The notes below the pieces were generated by a model. It did no database searches. It saw only the letters and a list, made by a program, of their open reading frames with translations, and had not been told where the DNA came from. From Catajapyx aquilonaris (Eukaryota), in the NCBI GenBank assembly GCA_000934665.2, contig JYFJ02001671.1, forward strand, positions 53,090 to 73,089: 20,000 nucleotides of DNA, given 5' to 3'. The translations under genes and the position numbers were made by a program. Below, one piece after another: positions 19,906 to 20,000 of this stretch; within the stretch, counting starts at the first letter, position 1, and the number at the start of each line of letters is the position of its first letter.

Positions 19906-20000
19906 CTAGCAGGTTACCCGGCGTTGCCCGGGTATGTTGGGGTGCTGGTAAAGGTAGGGGTACATATACAGTATTTTAGGAAGTGCATTTGTTTGTAAGA
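19906..20000 (-). mobile_element. Helitron-like 3' terminus (hairpin plus CTAG); the element may extend beyond the window
   Basis: The minus strand reads tacccgg-gcaacg-ccgggta-acctg-CTAG|T: a GC-rich 7-bp hairpin (19915-19934) a few nt before CTAG followed by host T, the canonical Helitron 3' end. The 5' end was not identified. Confidence 0.55.

Overview
Eukaryotic genomic DNA, most likely from an arthropod or other protostome with compact introns. It holds three intron-containing genes, all on the + strand. (1) The 3' part of a classical dynamin (shibire/DNM-type) gene, from the switch-II exon of the GTPase domain through the middle, PH, GED and proline-rich domains (206-13196); its 5' exons lie upstream of the window. 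(2) A complete 7-exon protein phosphatase 6 catalytic subunit gene (15075-17323, 303 aa). (3) A complete 4-exon divergent ionotropic receptor (about 17694-19814). The most notable signal is the splicing architecture of dynamin: two tandem 204-nt paralogous exons for the G3/switch-II region that look mutually exclusive, with a possible competing RNA-pairing switch between them; two candidate 6-nt microexons in the PH-GED linker; several alternative C-terminal exons; and many sense-strand UGCAUG motifs. Non-coding structure includes a pre-miRNA-like intronic hairpin (1075-1151), a perfect 33-bp inverted repeat (8363-8430), an inverted pair of CACT-terminal MITE-like units, one with its end amplified into a 13-copy array (14245-14776), a higher-order minisatellite in a PP6 intron, and a Helitron-like terminus near the right edge. 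No prokaryotic system or CRISPR array is present. All exon boundaries were placed by eye from GT/AG signals, reading phase and protein similarity.
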